64,000 bases of DNA from Verrucomicrobiia bacterium (GTDB taxonomy: Bacteria; Verrucomicrobiota; Verrucomicrobiia; Limisphaerales; DASXHY01), in contig DASPIL010000073.1 of assembly GCA_035629175.1 (NCBI GenBank), forward strand, positions 3,575 to 67,574, written 5' to 3'. How positions within the stretch are numbered: the first letter of the stretch is position 1; the number at the start of each line of letters is the position of its first letter. Under the pieces are notes generated by a model, which saw nothing but the letters and a program-made list of their open reading frames with translations, ran no database searches and was not told where the DNA came from. Below are positions 1 through 9,174 of this stretch, one piece after another. The position numbers and the translations under genes are program-made.

Positions 1-1608
1 AAAATCGTGGGCGGAAGTAATGCGTTCAGCGGCGGGGGTGAGAATGATCTCACTGGTTGGAATCTGTTCGATGAGTTGCTTCGTCGCCAGGGTCCGGAGC
101 AACAATACAAAGTCGGTTGCTGAAACGGAACGAAACGGGCCTCTCACCGCAAGGGATTCATGGAGATTCGAGGCCGACATTCCTCCCGTTTGCTTCAAAT
201 GGCTGAACACTTGATGCACAAGTGTGCTCAGGTGCATCTTCTGCGTTTCCGTCGGTTCAAGCCACTTTTGCTGCATCAGCCGTGTCAGAGCAATACTGCG
301 GAGCAGATCGGGAAAGAGCAGGTCGGTTAGCCGACTGCCCGCGTGAGGTGATTCCTCACGCGCATATAGTCGCATGATTGAGGACTCGCCCTCACGGCGA
401 CCCGAACGGCCGAGTCTTTGGACAAATGATGCAACACTCCAAGGCGGATCAATTTGACCAACGGCTCGCACTGAACCGATATCAATTCCCATTTCGAGGG
501 TGCTGGAGCAAATCGCCGTTGTCGGGACGCCACTTTTTAGCGCGGTTTCGGTTTCCTCGCGGAGTTCTTTGGCGACTGACCCGTGGTGAATCATGAACGG
601 GTCATGAGGCCATTTCTGTTTGGCCACTCGATCATGCACCCGGACCGCGAGTTCCTCGGCAGTTCGTCGAGAATTGACGAAGACAAGATTGGTGGAAGTG
701 GCAAAATTGCGAACGACATCGTCCGCAACATCATCAAGATCATCCGGTGAATCAGATTCGTCGGCTGGTTTTGGTGTGTTATTTTCAGTTCGCGGCGATT
801 CACCGGCGGCGAGCAATTGTTCGGCAGTTTTGTGCCGAACAAACTCCAGGATCTCCGCCGGCGTGAGTCGCGGCGCACAGTTGCCGGCCTTTCGCGCATC
901 GGGTCGCTTCAGCACCGCTTTAAGTGCAAATCGCACCTCCCGCCCCGCGCCGGAATCTTGAACGAGCGTGACAGTTCCCGGTGCATCTGGCGCGAGAAAC
1001 TGTTTACCCATCTCAGGATCACCGAGCGTCGCGGAAAGGCCGATCAGGCGTGGCTGCCGCCCAGTCGCGGCGCACAATCGCGAGAGTAAGCTGAGAAGAT
1101 GAACGCCTCGGACGTTGCCGAGAAACGAATGAACTTCGTCCACGACGACAAATTCCAATTCACGATAGAGGCGTGGCACTTGGGCCCCGTAGTTGATGAA
1201 ATTTGATTCGAGTGACTCCGGCGTAATGAGGAGAATGCCGCCGGGGTTGCGACGGAGAGCTTGTTTGTGGGATGCGGAAACATCGCCGTGCCAGCGATGA
1301 ACCGGGACTTCCATGCGCTCACACAAGTGATCAAGCCGACCAAATTGGTCATTGATTAGGGCCTTGAGCGGTCCGACGTAGATGGCGCGAACAGAATCAT
1401 GCGGCCCTGCGGCGAGTGTCGAAATGATCGGGAGAAAGGCCGCTTCGGTCTTGCCGCCTGCGGTGGCCGCGCAGATGAGCAGATGACTGCTACCACCGAG
1501 CAGTGTTTGGATGGCTTCGGTTTGAATGGGACGAAGCTGCTTCCAGCCCATCTCCCAGATGGCGCGTTGGACGCCGGGATGCAGGAGGGCGAAAGCGGCC
1601 TGACTCAT
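1..1608 (-). CDS. SF2 DEAD/DEAH-box (Lhr-like) helicase, N-terminal 536 codons; gene runs off the left edge (Shango SngC / BrxHI-like)
   Basis: Absent from the ORF track because it has no stop inside the window. I checked the minus-strand frame from ATG 1608-1606 codon by codon down to position 1 and found no stop. Motifs: RPIQ (Q motif), Walker A AATAGGKTEA (1441-1470), DEVH (1129-1140), GLSATLG, QRLGRSGRR. Its ATG overlaps the TAA of the upstream ATPase gene (TAATG). Confidence 0.85.
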   Translation of the reverse strand, partial: MSQAAFALLHPGVQRAIWEMGWKQLRPIQTEAIQTLLGGSSHLLICAATAGGKTEAAFLPIISTLAAGPHDSVRAIYVGPLKALINDQFGRLDHLCERMEVPVHRWHGDVSASHKQALRRNPGGILLITPESLESNFINYGAQVPRLYRELEFVVVDEVHSFLGNVRGVHLLSLLSRLCAATGRQPRLIGLSATLGDPEMGKQFLAPDAPGTVTLVQDSGAGREVRFALKAVLKRPDARKAGNCAPRLTPAEILEFVRHKTAEQLLAAGESPRTENNTPKPADESDSPDDLDDVADDVVRNFATSTNLVFVNSRRTAEELAVRVHDRVAKQKWPHDPFMIHHGSVAKELREETETALKSGVPTTAICSSTLEMGIDIGSVRAVGQIDPPWSVASFVQRLGRSGRREGESSIMRLYAREESPHAGSRLTDLLFPDLLRSIALTRLMQQKWLEPTETQKMHLSTLVHQVFSHLKQTGGMSASNLHESLAVRGPFRSVSATDFVLLLRTLATKQLIEQIPTSEIILTPAAERITSAHDF

Positions 1609-2945
1609 TAGAGTTTGAAGGAGGTTAAGTCTCCGTCTGGTTCGTCTTCGGGGACGACACCGCGCGCCACTTCTTCCTCGACCGAGGCAGGCCCGGCGGG
1701 CTTCTGCATGAAGCCGGAGTTTAGAAAGTCCTGCCACTTCTTGTCGGGATTCTGCTCCAGCACGCTCGACAGCCCGACGAAAGAGCGAACAACATCGCGC
1801 GGCGTCTTGTAGAATTCAGCCCCCATCGTTTCGTTTGCCTTTTGCAGCACCGCAACCAGCGTGTCGTCCGGCACGAGATATTTCTGTGGATTACCACTGG
1901 CGTGGACATGCCGGATGTTGCGCAGAAGAACAAAAAGGTCCTCCGGGGTCAGATTGGCCAGACGGACGACCGGCCCGGAGAAATCCACGACGCCGTCACC
2001 GGCGAAGCGGTTTTCGGAAAGTCGGGTGCGGAGCGCTTCGTAGCTGAACAGGCCGCGGCGTTTATCTTCCAGGCATTCATCCGTCCCAGCCAGAAGGAAT
2101 CCCAATCCGCCGACGCTGCCCTGAAGACAATCATTCAGGATTGTTAGAATCGCCTCGTAGTTTGATTGGCGGGCACGAGAGTTTGGCAGACGATGGGAAA
2201 GAACCACCATCTCGTCGAGACCAACAAGCAGCCCGGCGTATCCGGCCAACCGGCAAAATGCCGCCATCAGTTTCAGGCTGTCGTAAAAATTCTCGTCATC
2301 AATAATTCGCCGCACGTCGAGTAATTCGCGTGCTTCGGTCTTGGTGCTGAATTCACCCCTCAGCCATCGCAATGCGGCGGCCTGCAATTCATCATTGTGG
2401 TCTACGTGTCCCTCGTAGTAACGGGACAGGACCTCTGCAAACTCAAAGCCGCCGACATAATCTTGTAGACTGCGCAGGTCGGCAAGAATTTGCTTTTTTA
2501 CATCCTCTGGTGTTCCACCCTTCTGCGTCACGGCATGGTGAACCTGCGAAATCCAACCTTCAATGAGATTACGAAGCGCACCACCGTCCGGTTTGCCTTT
2601 CGTGGCAAGGTTGCGCATCAATTCCGACCAAAGAGCGCGGGACTGGCCCTGCGTAGCTTGAATGCGGCGTTCCATCGTAAAATCGGCCTGAGCAACAACC
2701 AGCCGACGTTGCAACGCAAGCGTGCGAACCAGGTTCACGAAGAAACTTTTCCCGCTGCCAAATCGCCCGACAACTATACGAAATGCTGAACCGCCCTGTT
2801 CCACTCGCTCCAAGTCCGAGAGCAGCGCCGCCACCTCCTGCTTGCGTCCGACTTGGATCAGGTGCAGACCGAGCTTGGGCACGAGGCCCGCTTGGAGTGA
2901 TTGGAGAACTGCGTCACGTTCACGGCGCTTAATCGGTTCGCTCAT
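1608..2945 (-). CDS. P-loop ATPase of the DUF2791 / BrxD type (Shango SngB-like)
   Basis: 445-aa ORF with Walker A GRFGSGKS and Walker-B-like LLVGLDEM. The N-terminal RRERDAVLQSLQAGLVP... region resembles BREX BrxD/DUF2791 ATPases. The ATG at 2945 lies 3 nt after the stop of the upstream ORF. Confidence 0.75.
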   Translation of the reverse strand: MSEPIKRRERDAVLQSLQAGLVPKLGLHLIQVGRKQEVAALLSDLERVEQGGSAFRIVVGRFGSGKSFFVNLVRTLALQRRLVVAQADFTMERRIQATQGQSRALWSELMRNLATKGKPDGGALRNLIEGWISQVHHAVTQKGGTPEDVKKQILADLRSLQDYVGGFEFAEVLSRYYEGHVDHNDELQAAALRWLRGEFSTKTEARELLDVRRIIDDENFYDSLKLMAAFCRLAGYAGLLVGLDEMVVLSHRLPNSRARQSNYEAILTILNDCLQGSVGGLGFLLAGTDECLEDKRRGLFSYEALRTRLSENRFAGDGVVDFSGPVVRLANLTPEDLFVLLRNIRHVHASGNPQKYLVPDDTLVAVLQKANETMGAEFYKTPRDVVRSFVGLSSVLEQNPDKKWQDFLNSGFMQKPAGPASVEEEVARGVVPEDEPDGDLTSFKL

Positions 2946-2948
2946 AGT

Positions 2949-3179
2949 TCAGGTATTTAGCAGGGAACGATGGACGGTAACGGAATCCTCCCCTTCAAGA
3001 AGGAAGTCGCCAAGTTGTTGATCGGCCCATTCGTTGACGGCGTCGAAAACGCTCAGGGGCATGAACTGATGCTCGCGCGCCAGCGATTCGAACTCGGTTC
3101 GACTCCAGGAGTCTCTTACGGCGAGGCGCTGCACGATCGGATGCCATTTCGCATCCAAGGATTGGAGCTTGCCCTGCAA
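2949..3179 (-). CDS. 76-codon TerB-C-like ORF, probable C-terminal remnant of a SngA/TerB-domain gene
   Basis: The sequence LDAKWHPIVQRLAVRDSWSRTEFESLAREHQFMPLSVFDAVNEWADQQLGDFLLEGEDSVTV resembles the C-terminal module of TerB-C domain proteins (W-sr-el, INEwA, GD-lleg-d pattern). There is no ATG or GTG start; the first possible start is TTG at 3179. The frame opens after a TAG at 3216-3218, which lies inside a repeat. Confidence 0.45.
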   Translation of the reverse strand: MQGKLQSLDAKWHPIVQRLAVRDSWSRTEFESLAREHQFMPLSVFDAVNEWADQQLGDFLLEGEDSVTVHRSLLNT

Positions 3180-3202
3180 AATGGTTGTGAAAGCAATGGG
3201 GG

Positions 3203-3305
3203 AATGGGGTCGCGTCTAAAGAGTTGACAAATCAGAATTGATGTCGGAGAGCAGCCAAGTGCAGGTGAGAATGTAAAACATTTAGACGCGACCCCATTGC
3301 GTTTT
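3203..3305. repeat. 103-nt palindrome-ended element, copy 1 (MITE-like)
   Basis: Terminal inverted repeats aatggggtcgcgtctaaa (3203-3220) and tttagacgcgaccccatt (3281-3298) form a perfect 18 bp. It is identical to copy 2 except for one base (3246 g versus 3477 c). It carries TTGACA at 3224-3229. Confidence 0.9.
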
Positions 3306-3433
3306 GTTGGTGTTCCTGGCCTCAAACTATTTGAACAACTTTGGCAACTGAGTAAACGGAACCACATCTTGTGCTGCAATTGCTGAACCGCTGAAAAATT
3401 GCATGGGCACGAGGTCGTCCGTTACGCAAATGC

Positions 3434-3536
3434 AATGGGGTCGCGTCTAAAGAGTTGACAAATCAGAATTGATGTCCGAGAGCAGCCAAGTGCAGGTGAG
3501 AATGTAAAACATTTAGACGCGACCCCATTGCGTTTT
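3434..3536. repeat. 103-nt palindrome-ended element, copy 2 (MITE-like)
   Basis: Same unit, offset by 231 nt. Here the inverted repeat extends to 20 bp (3432-3451 with 3512-3531). Flanking sequence is unrelated to the copy 1 flanks. Confidence 0.9.
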
Positions 3537-3821
3537 CCGAGAAGAGGCGCCTTCGTATGGACAAGAAAAGCCCGTCGAAAATCGCTCCATAGATTCAAAT
3601 TCGAGATCCAAAACGTCGTAAGACACGCGTTTGCAACAGCTTGCTTTGGCGAGACCAGGGGACGTAATCGAATAGCGGAAGCCGGGTTAAGGGGGGATAG
3701 CCGGGCAGATGAACACGGATTCGGAAACAGCCGCCTCTACCATTTCTCTGCGACCTCTGCGTGCTCCTGTTAAGCGTCTTCACTCCGTCTCCTGCGGCGG
3801 AGAGTTGCTGAATTGCAGACA

Positions 3822-4850
3822 TCACAAACCACGCAAGTCCATGACGAAGATGCCGTGGCCAACGCCAGCGGCTTCCGTCGACTTGGCAAGCTGAAATGCC
3901 ATGAACCGCCCATCATCGCTCACTACAGGATTGGACGCTCGATAGCCCGGATACTTCGTGAAGAACGTGACCTGCTCATAGGTTCCACTGCCATCCAGCG
4001 TCAGCTTGAAGATGTCGGCGAAACGGGAGCCGCGCAGGTTGTGTTTGTCGCATTCCACAAGAATCGCCCTGCCGTCGGGAAAAATGCCCTCGGGCTCGTC
4101 ATATTGATTTGTTGCGTTGGAGTAGTTCACGACTGCCTTGGATTGCAGATCGATTCCGCAAACCTCAGTTCCCTGATATCCGTAAGCGCTGAAGATCAGT
4201 TCCTTCTCGTCGGACGGACGAAAGTTCTGCGTTTCCAGCGTGCAACGAAACGGCAGGTCCCCGCTGTTCACAATCAGGCGGTGGTTCGTCAACTTCGGCT
4301 TTCCCCCTTCATAAACAAGGTCCGCCTCCTGCATCCTGGAACTGCCATTTAACATATTCCCGGGATACTGCGCGGCGACATGAGTCCACGCAATGTGCAT
4401 GCGCTGGCGGGAAACTGCCGGCCCTTCGCTGCACTTCGTTTCCAGCCGGACTGCGGGCTTGTCGAAGTTCTTGTCGAGCACGTACAGGAAGCATTGCACC
4501 CGCGCTTCATTCGGGCGCGACGGATCAAACGCATCCGGTCCTGAGAGCAGAACATCTCCATTGGCCAGATACAGGGCGCGGGTGTAGCCGTGATGCGGAT
4601 AATGCGCGGTGAGGTTGCGGATCGATCGTGACTCAATGTCAATTTCCATGGCGTCGCCAAACGTTTTGGAGAGAAAGAGAATGCGCTTCCCGTCATGCGA
4701 CCAGTCCGCGCGCTCTCCAAATCCCGTAAGCCGGGTAATGTGCGGCGGCAGATTGTCGGCCGGGTGCGTCGAATCGGCCGCGGCAGCGCGTGGAATATGC
4801 GCAATCGTTGCAATGAGTAAACAAGTAGCAAGCGCCTGGCGGGTTTTCAT
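3822..4850 (-). CDS. Secreted TolB/PD40-like beta-propeller protein
   Basis: 342-aa ORF with signal peptide MKTRQALATCLLIATIAHIPRAAAA. It has repeated PD40-like strands (WSHDGKRILFLS, FPDGRAILV, VSDDGRFMAFQ). Confidence 0.65.
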   Translation of the reverse strand: MKTRQALATCLLIATIAHIPRAAAADSTHPADNLPPHITRLTGFGERADWSHDGKRILFLSKTFGDAMEIDIESRSIRNLTAHYPHHGYTRALYLANGDVLLSGPDAFDPSRPNEARVQCFLYVLDKNFDKPAVRLETKCSEGPAVSRQRMHIAWTHVAAQYPGNMLNGSSRMQEADLVYEGGKPKLTNHRLIVNSGDLPFRCTLETQNFRPSDEKELIFSAYGYQGTEVCGIDLQSKAVVNYSNATNQYDEPEGIFPDGRAILVECDKHNLRGSRFADIFKLTLDGSGTYEQVTFFTKYPGYRASNPVVSDDGRFMAFQLAKSTEAAGVGHGIFVMDLRGL

Positions 4851-4956
4851 TATCTCTCAAGACGCCAATAACTCGCCGGGGTTTCAAGCCTGGCGAGCTC
4901 GCAATGTTGTGCAGCTGTTTAGAGCCTGTCTGAAATCCCTCGCCGCAGCACCCCAC

Positions 4957-5214
4957 TTATTTTTCAGCCAGCCTCTTACAATAGAAAAATTTGATGCCGA
5001 AGGGCGCGAACAATTCCCGCCCATCGATTCGGACTTGAACATACAGGCGGTGGAATCCGCTCCGATCGGGCTTCAGGTGGAAAGCAATTTCAGGCCCGCC
5101 GCGCTCGGCCTTGGATTTAGGCTCGGGTCCATGGGGATGAACGCTCATTGTGCACAATTCACCGGTTGCCGCCGTTGTCGAAAGAGTGTGATGATCTGCG
5201 TTCGCATATGCCAC
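4957..5214 (-). CDS. Small hypothetical ORF, possibly a remnant of a FixH/YtkA-like metal-associated Ig-fold protein
   Basis: The C-terminal EIAFHLKPDRSGFHRLYVQVRIDGRELFAPFGI looks like the last strands of small beta-sandwich proteins found beside metal ATPases. There is no signal peptide and the start is uncertain (an internal ATG at 5148 is possible). Confidence 0.25.
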   Translation of the reverse strand: MAYANADHHTLSTTAATGELCTMSVHPHGPEPKSKAERGGPEIAFHLKPDRSGFHRLYVQVRIDGRELFAPFGIKFFYCKRLAEK

Positions 5215-5263
5215 GTAGACGCAGCCCTCTCGAAAATCTTACCACCCGGCTTTTGCCGCCACG

Positions 5264-7828
5264 ATGCGACGAGCCCAGCCATGGGAAGCGTTCGAGCCTG
5301 AGCGGGTGTCCGCGACGGCGGAAAATCTATATGTAAGATCCGGTGATATGTTCCGTCTACCCGGTATGAAACACGATATTCATGCGAACGACCATTCGCG
5401 AGGCAGTGCGCCCGCAAAAACGCACTCCCACCACCAGCACGGTTACAGCGAAACCAGCGAGGAGCAATTTGCGAAGACTTCGTGCTGCAAGAGCAAAGGG
5501 ACAAACGCGGCATCACCAACGCCCACTGGTAGCCCTGGATCGTGCTGCGACTCGGACGATAAACACAAGCATCCGCATCAACACAGCGTTCAGCCACCAG
5601 CCGCAGCTGAATATTTCTGCCCCATGTGCGAAGGCGTCGTAAGCGACTCGCCCGGGGATTGCCCAAAATGCGGCATGGCTCTGGAGCGCAATCCGGCTTT
5701 TCGGGAACCCACTCACACAGTCTGGACTTGCCCGATGCATCCTGAGATCGCGCAGGATCACCCCGGCGACTGCCCGAAATGCGGGATGGCGCTGGAACCA
5801 AAAACCGTAACGGGGAGTTCGCCGGACGAGAAAAACCACGAACTCCGCGACATGACATGGAGGTTGAGGGTTGGTGCGGTATTAACCGTGCCGGTTTTCA
5901 TTCTCGGCATGCTGCATCTAATCCCCTCGCTCGCTGATGTCGCGAACGCTCCTTGGAGCCGGTGGGTGCAGTTTGCGCTCTCCACACCCGTCGTTCTCTG
6001 GGTCGGATGGCCATTGTTGACGCGCGGCGTTCGCTCTCTCCGCAATCGGCACTGGAACATGTTTACGTTGATTGCGCTCGGGGTCGTTGCCGCCTGGGCC
6101 TACAGCGTGGTTGCTCATTTTTTTCCAGCGATCTTTCCTCCTGCGATGCGTCACCACGGGATGATTGACCTGTACTTTGAGGCTGCGGCCGTGATTGTCG
6201 TTTTCGTCCTTCTCGGCCAGGTGCTTGAGCTTAGGGCTCGAGCCCGCACGTCCGGTGCAATCAAGGCGCTGTTGAATTTAGCGCCTGCGACAGCCATTCA
6301 AATAACCGAGCACGGCGACGAAGAAGTGCCGCTTTCGAAGATTACGGCCGGCGACCGCCTTCGCGTTCGTCCAGGCGCAAAGATTCCAGTTGATGGATTC
6401 GTTGAGGAAGGGCGGTCTTCTGTTAACGAGTCAATGCTCACAGGGGAATCGATTCCTGTTGAGAAATCGATCGGTGACCCCGTCAAAGGCGGCACGGTGA
6501 ATTCAACCGGCAGCTTCATCATGCGCGCCGACAAGGTTGGAGCAGATTCATTGCTCGCGCGTATTGTGCAAATGGTTGCATCGGCTCAACGGAGTCGCGC
6601 CCCGGTGCAGGGGCTCGCTGACAAGGTGGCAGCGGTGTTCGTTCCAGCAGTTGTGGCCATTGCGGCTCTTACGTTCGTCTTGTGGTATTTCTTTGGGCCA
6701 GAACCGCGTCTTGCATATGCGATCGTCAACGCGGTAGCCGTGCTCATCATCGCATGCCCTTGCGCCCTCGGACTGGCGACGCCGATGTCGATCATGGTCG
6801 GGGTTGGCCGGGGCGCGCAGGTGGGTGTTCTGGTTAAGGATGCCGAGGCGCTTGAGTCGCTGGGAAAAGTTGACCACGTTGTCATCGACAAGACAGGCAC
6901 GCTCACAGAAGGTCAGCCGGAGCTCGTTGAGATTGTTACCTGGAGTGGAACCGACGAAAGGAGACTGGTGCAGTTTGCAGCGTCTGTAGAGATAGGCTCA
7001 GAGCATCCGCTCGCTTCGGCAGTAGTCCGCGGCGCGAAAGCGCGAAACATCGAACTGTTGGATGCAGACGAGTTTCACTCAATAACTGGCGGCGGAGTGG
7101 TCGCGCGGGTAAATAGTTCGTCCGTGCTGATCGGTAAGGTGGCGTTTCTCCAGTCCGATGGCGTCTCAATTCCTGACGCGGCTCGCGCCCGAGCTCAAGC
7201 ATTGCAGGAAAATGGAAATACCGTCCTGTTCTGCGCGATCGACGGACGTTTGGCGGGACTTCTGGCGGTTGCCGACCCGATCAAAGCCACAACACGCGAA
7301 GCCCTTCAGGAGCTTCGATCTCTTGGGATCAAAGTCATCATGGCAACGGGCGACAACCGGCATACCGCGGAGGCGGTTGGAAAGCAGCTCGGTATTGAAC
7401 ACGTCAGAGCTGAGGTGAGCCCGGCGGATAAGATCCACCTCGTCCAGGAGTTGCAGGCGAATGGCGCTCAGGTTGCAATGGCGGGGGACGGTATAAACGA
7501 CGCTCCCGCTCTCGCCGCAGCTCGGGTCGGGATTGCGATGGGCGCGGGAACCGACGTCGCGATGGAAAGCGCTGGATTGACCCTTCTCAAAGGTGATCTG
7601 CGAGGCCTCGCGAAGGCCGTTCGCCTGTCTCGTGGGACAATGCGGAACATCCGCCAAAATCTGTTCTTTGCGTTCGCTTACAACACGCTGGGAGTGCCAA
7701 TCGCGGCAGGGGTTCTCTATCCTGTCTTTGGTCTGCTCCTCAGCCCGATCCTTGCCGGTGCGGCCATGAGCTTGAGCTCCGTCAGCGTTATCGCGAATGC
7801 TCTCCGCCTTCGGAGAATCGCCTTATGA
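5264..7828 (+). CDS. copA: Copper(I)-translocating P1B-type ATPase
   Basis: Core motifs: CPC ([13 protein letters not shown]), [17 protein letters not shown]...P and MSLSS in the last TM helices. The N-terminus has His-rich runs (HSHHQH, HKHPHQH), two CC pairs and two zinc-ribbon heavy-metal-binding modules ([17 protein letters not shown] and [17 protein letters not shown]). In-frame ATGs at 5348 or 5366 may be the real start. Confidence 0.95.
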   Translation: MRRAQPWEAFEPERVSATAENLYVRSGDMFRLPGMKHDIHANDHSRGSAPAKTHSHHQHGYSETSEEQFAKTSCCKSKGTNAASPTPTGSPGSCCDSDDKHKHPHQHSVQPPAAAEYFCPMCEGVVSDSPGDCPKCGMALERNPAFREPTHTVWTCPMHPEIAQDHPGDCPKCGMALEPKTVTGSSPDEKNHELRDMTWRLRVGAVLTVPVFILGMLHLIPSLADVANAPWSRWVQFALSTPVVLWVGWPLLTRGVRSLRNRHWNMFTLIALGVVAAWAYSVVAHFFPAIFPPAMRHHGMIDLYFEAAAVIVVFVLLGQVLELRARARTSGAIKALLNLAPATAIQITEHGDEEVPLSKITAGDRLRVRPGAKIPVDGFVEEGRSSVNESMLTGESIPVEKSIGDPVKGGTVNSTGSFIMRADKVGADSLLARIVQMVASAQRSRAPVQGLADKVAAVFVPAVVAIAALTFVLWYFFGPEPRLAYAIVNAVAVLIIACPCALGLATPMSIMVGVGRGAQVGVLVKDAEALESLGKVDHVVIDKTGTLTEGQPELVEIVTWSGTDERRLVQFAASVEIGSEHPLASAVVRGAKARNIELLDADEFHSITGGGVVARVNSSSVLIGKVAFLQSDGVSIPDAARARAQALQENGNTVLFCAIDGRLAGLLAVADPIKATTREALQELRSLGIKVIMATGDNRHTAEAVGKQLGIEHVRAEVSPADKIHLVQELQANGAQVAMAGDGINDAPALAAARVGIAMGAGTDVAMESAGLTLLKGDLRGLAKAVRLSRGTMRNIRQNLFFAFAYNTLGVPIAAGVLYPVFGLLLSPILAGAAMSLSSVSVIANALRLRRIAL

Positions 7829-8424
7829 TCTCCGCGCAAGCGATTGCGACGCCCAGATTGCGGGGGTATGTTGGGGCCGTGGAACGGCCTGCAACTACAA
7901 TCGACCCGATACTCGCGCGCCAAGCGGAGTTTCGGGCCTTTCTTATTTCGCGGCTCGGCAGTGAAGCGGACTCCGGGGATGTATTGCAAAACGCGTTGAT
8001 GAAAGCTCTGCGAAGCGCCAACGAACTGCGGGACGAAGAAAAGGTCATTGCATGGTTCTATCAGGTCCTTCGGAATGCCATCGTAGATCATGTCCGGAGC
8101 CAGCAATCGAGAAAGCTCCGGGATGATTCATGGGCCGCCAATGCGGCAACGCTCCAGGACAATGAGCTGGAGAAGCTCGCCTGCCGGTGTGTTGATACCC
8201 TGATCGATGATCTTAACCCTCGCGAGGCAGAATTGGTTCGCCGAATCGAACTGGGTAATGAGCAAGTGGCGGAAGCCGCAAAGTCAGCCGGAATATCGCC
8301 GAACAACGCAAGCGTCACACTCCATCGAGCACGAAAGAAATTGCGTGAAGGCCTGGAGCATTTCTGTGGCGAGTGCTCAACAGGAGCGTGTCTGAACTGC
8401 GACTGCCCGCCTCACAAAGAATGA
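7825..8424 (+). CDS. ECF sigma-70 family factor with C-terminal Cys-rich tail (CorE-like)
   Basis: Sigma-2-like segment [11 protein letters not shown]...[17 protein letters not shown]. Sigma-4 [44 protein letters not shown]. There is a CxC (ACRCV) between the domains, and the tail [21 protein letters not shown] has 5 Cys and 2 His. Its ATG overlaps the copA stop (ATGA at 7825-7828). Confidence 0.85.
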   Translation: MISAQAIATPRLRGYVGAVERPATTIDPILARQAEFRAFLISRLGSEADSGDVLQNALMKALRSANELRDEEKVIAWFYQVLRNAIVDHVRSQQSRKLRDDSWAANAATLQDNELEKLACRCVDTLIDDLNPREAELVRRIELGNEQVAEAAKSAGISPNNASVTLHRARKKLREGLEHFCGECSTGACLNCDCPPHKE

Positions 8425-8760
8425 GAAACAGGGCAGGCTCGAACTGCGTTCCTTTTGTCGTTCATCACACTGCCGGCGGACGCGACTGCGGCTTTGTTTG
8501 CGGGAAACCAATCCACAATTTCGGACACGCCTTGGCCGTTGCCAGTCCAACCCATGGCATTGCCTGATTCGTTAACTCACCGCTGTGTCGCACCGCGACG
8601 CCCGCTCGCTTCACTTCTTCGACTGCATTCTTCACCTCAAACGGGCGCAAGTTAATGGGTGTCGCGTTTCGCTGTTCCCAGCGCTGACAAATTTGCGGCA
8701 ACTGAGAAGACGGGAAACAAGTGATCGTCCGCGTTTCGGCGTTGAGTCAGCCGATTGCCT

Positions 8761-9174
8761 TTATGGCAATCCCAGCGCTTGTGCGATACTGTTCAGAATA
8801 GTTTCGGATTGAGTTTTCATGAGTTCTCTATTGTTTCCTTCAACTCGGAAGTAGACCTCAACTTCGGTGGCCTCCTCTCCGGTTTCATGAAGCCAGATTC
8901 CCACGAGTTCGCCTCCCGATTTTCCGGCTGATTCCGCCTCAATGAAGCCGTTTGCTTCGTTGAGGCTTTTGATGACGAGTCCCTTTTGCTTAACCATCCG
9001 CAATGCGGAATCCCAGACCACTCCGTAAGGCGCCGCAAATATCCGTTTCGGTCCGATTCCCTCGTTTTCGGCCATCGGGGTGTCATCGCCGATTGTGCTT
9101 GCGGCAATGGGAAATTCGGAACTTCTGCAGCCGCAAAGGATAGCGACAGCGATCAGGAATAACTGAATTTTCAT
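8761..9174 (-). CDS. Hypothetical lipoprotein
   Basis: 137-aa ORF with a signal peptide and lipobox (LFLIAVAILCGC). No recognisable domain. Confidence 0.6.
   Translation of the reverse strand: MKIQLFLIAVAILCGCRSSEFPIAASTIGDDTPMAENEGIGPKRIFAAPYGVVWDSALRMVKQKGLVIKSLNEANGFIEAESAGKSGGELVGIWLHETGEEATEVEVYFRVEGNNRELMKTQSETILNSIAQALGLP

Noticed and set aside
3306-3433. Open 34-codon minus-strand stretch between the repeats (ICVTDDLVPMQFFSGSAIAAQDVVPFTQLPKLFK, with an ATG at 3404), considered as a TerB-N remnant or micro-ORF.
   Set aside because: Only a VPF tripeptide resembles the TerB-N core. This is too short and too weak to support without a profile search.
3203-3536. Could the two 103-nt repeats be a CRISPR array or integron attC sites?
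   Set aside because: There are only two copies and the unit is far longer than a CRISPR repeat. Each unit is itself a long perfect palindrome with a 60-nt loop. No cas genes are present, there is no GTTRRRY/RYYYAAC core at the ends, and no intI is present.
4609-5301. 230-aa plus-strand ORF spanning the start of the beta-propeller gene and the copA upstream region.
   Set aside because: It overlaps a well-supported gene on the opposite strand, has a low-complexity Arg/Cys/Ser-rich translation, and has no motifs.
8465-8701. 78-codon minus-strand ORF in the 336-bp convergent gap after the sigma gene. It has a vague thioredoxin/glutaredoxin-fold look (ACPKLWIG resembles the cis-Pro strand).
   Set aside because: The only start is TTG, there is no CxxC active site, and there is no upstream ATG or GTG before the in-frame stop. 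The resemblance rests on a few residues.
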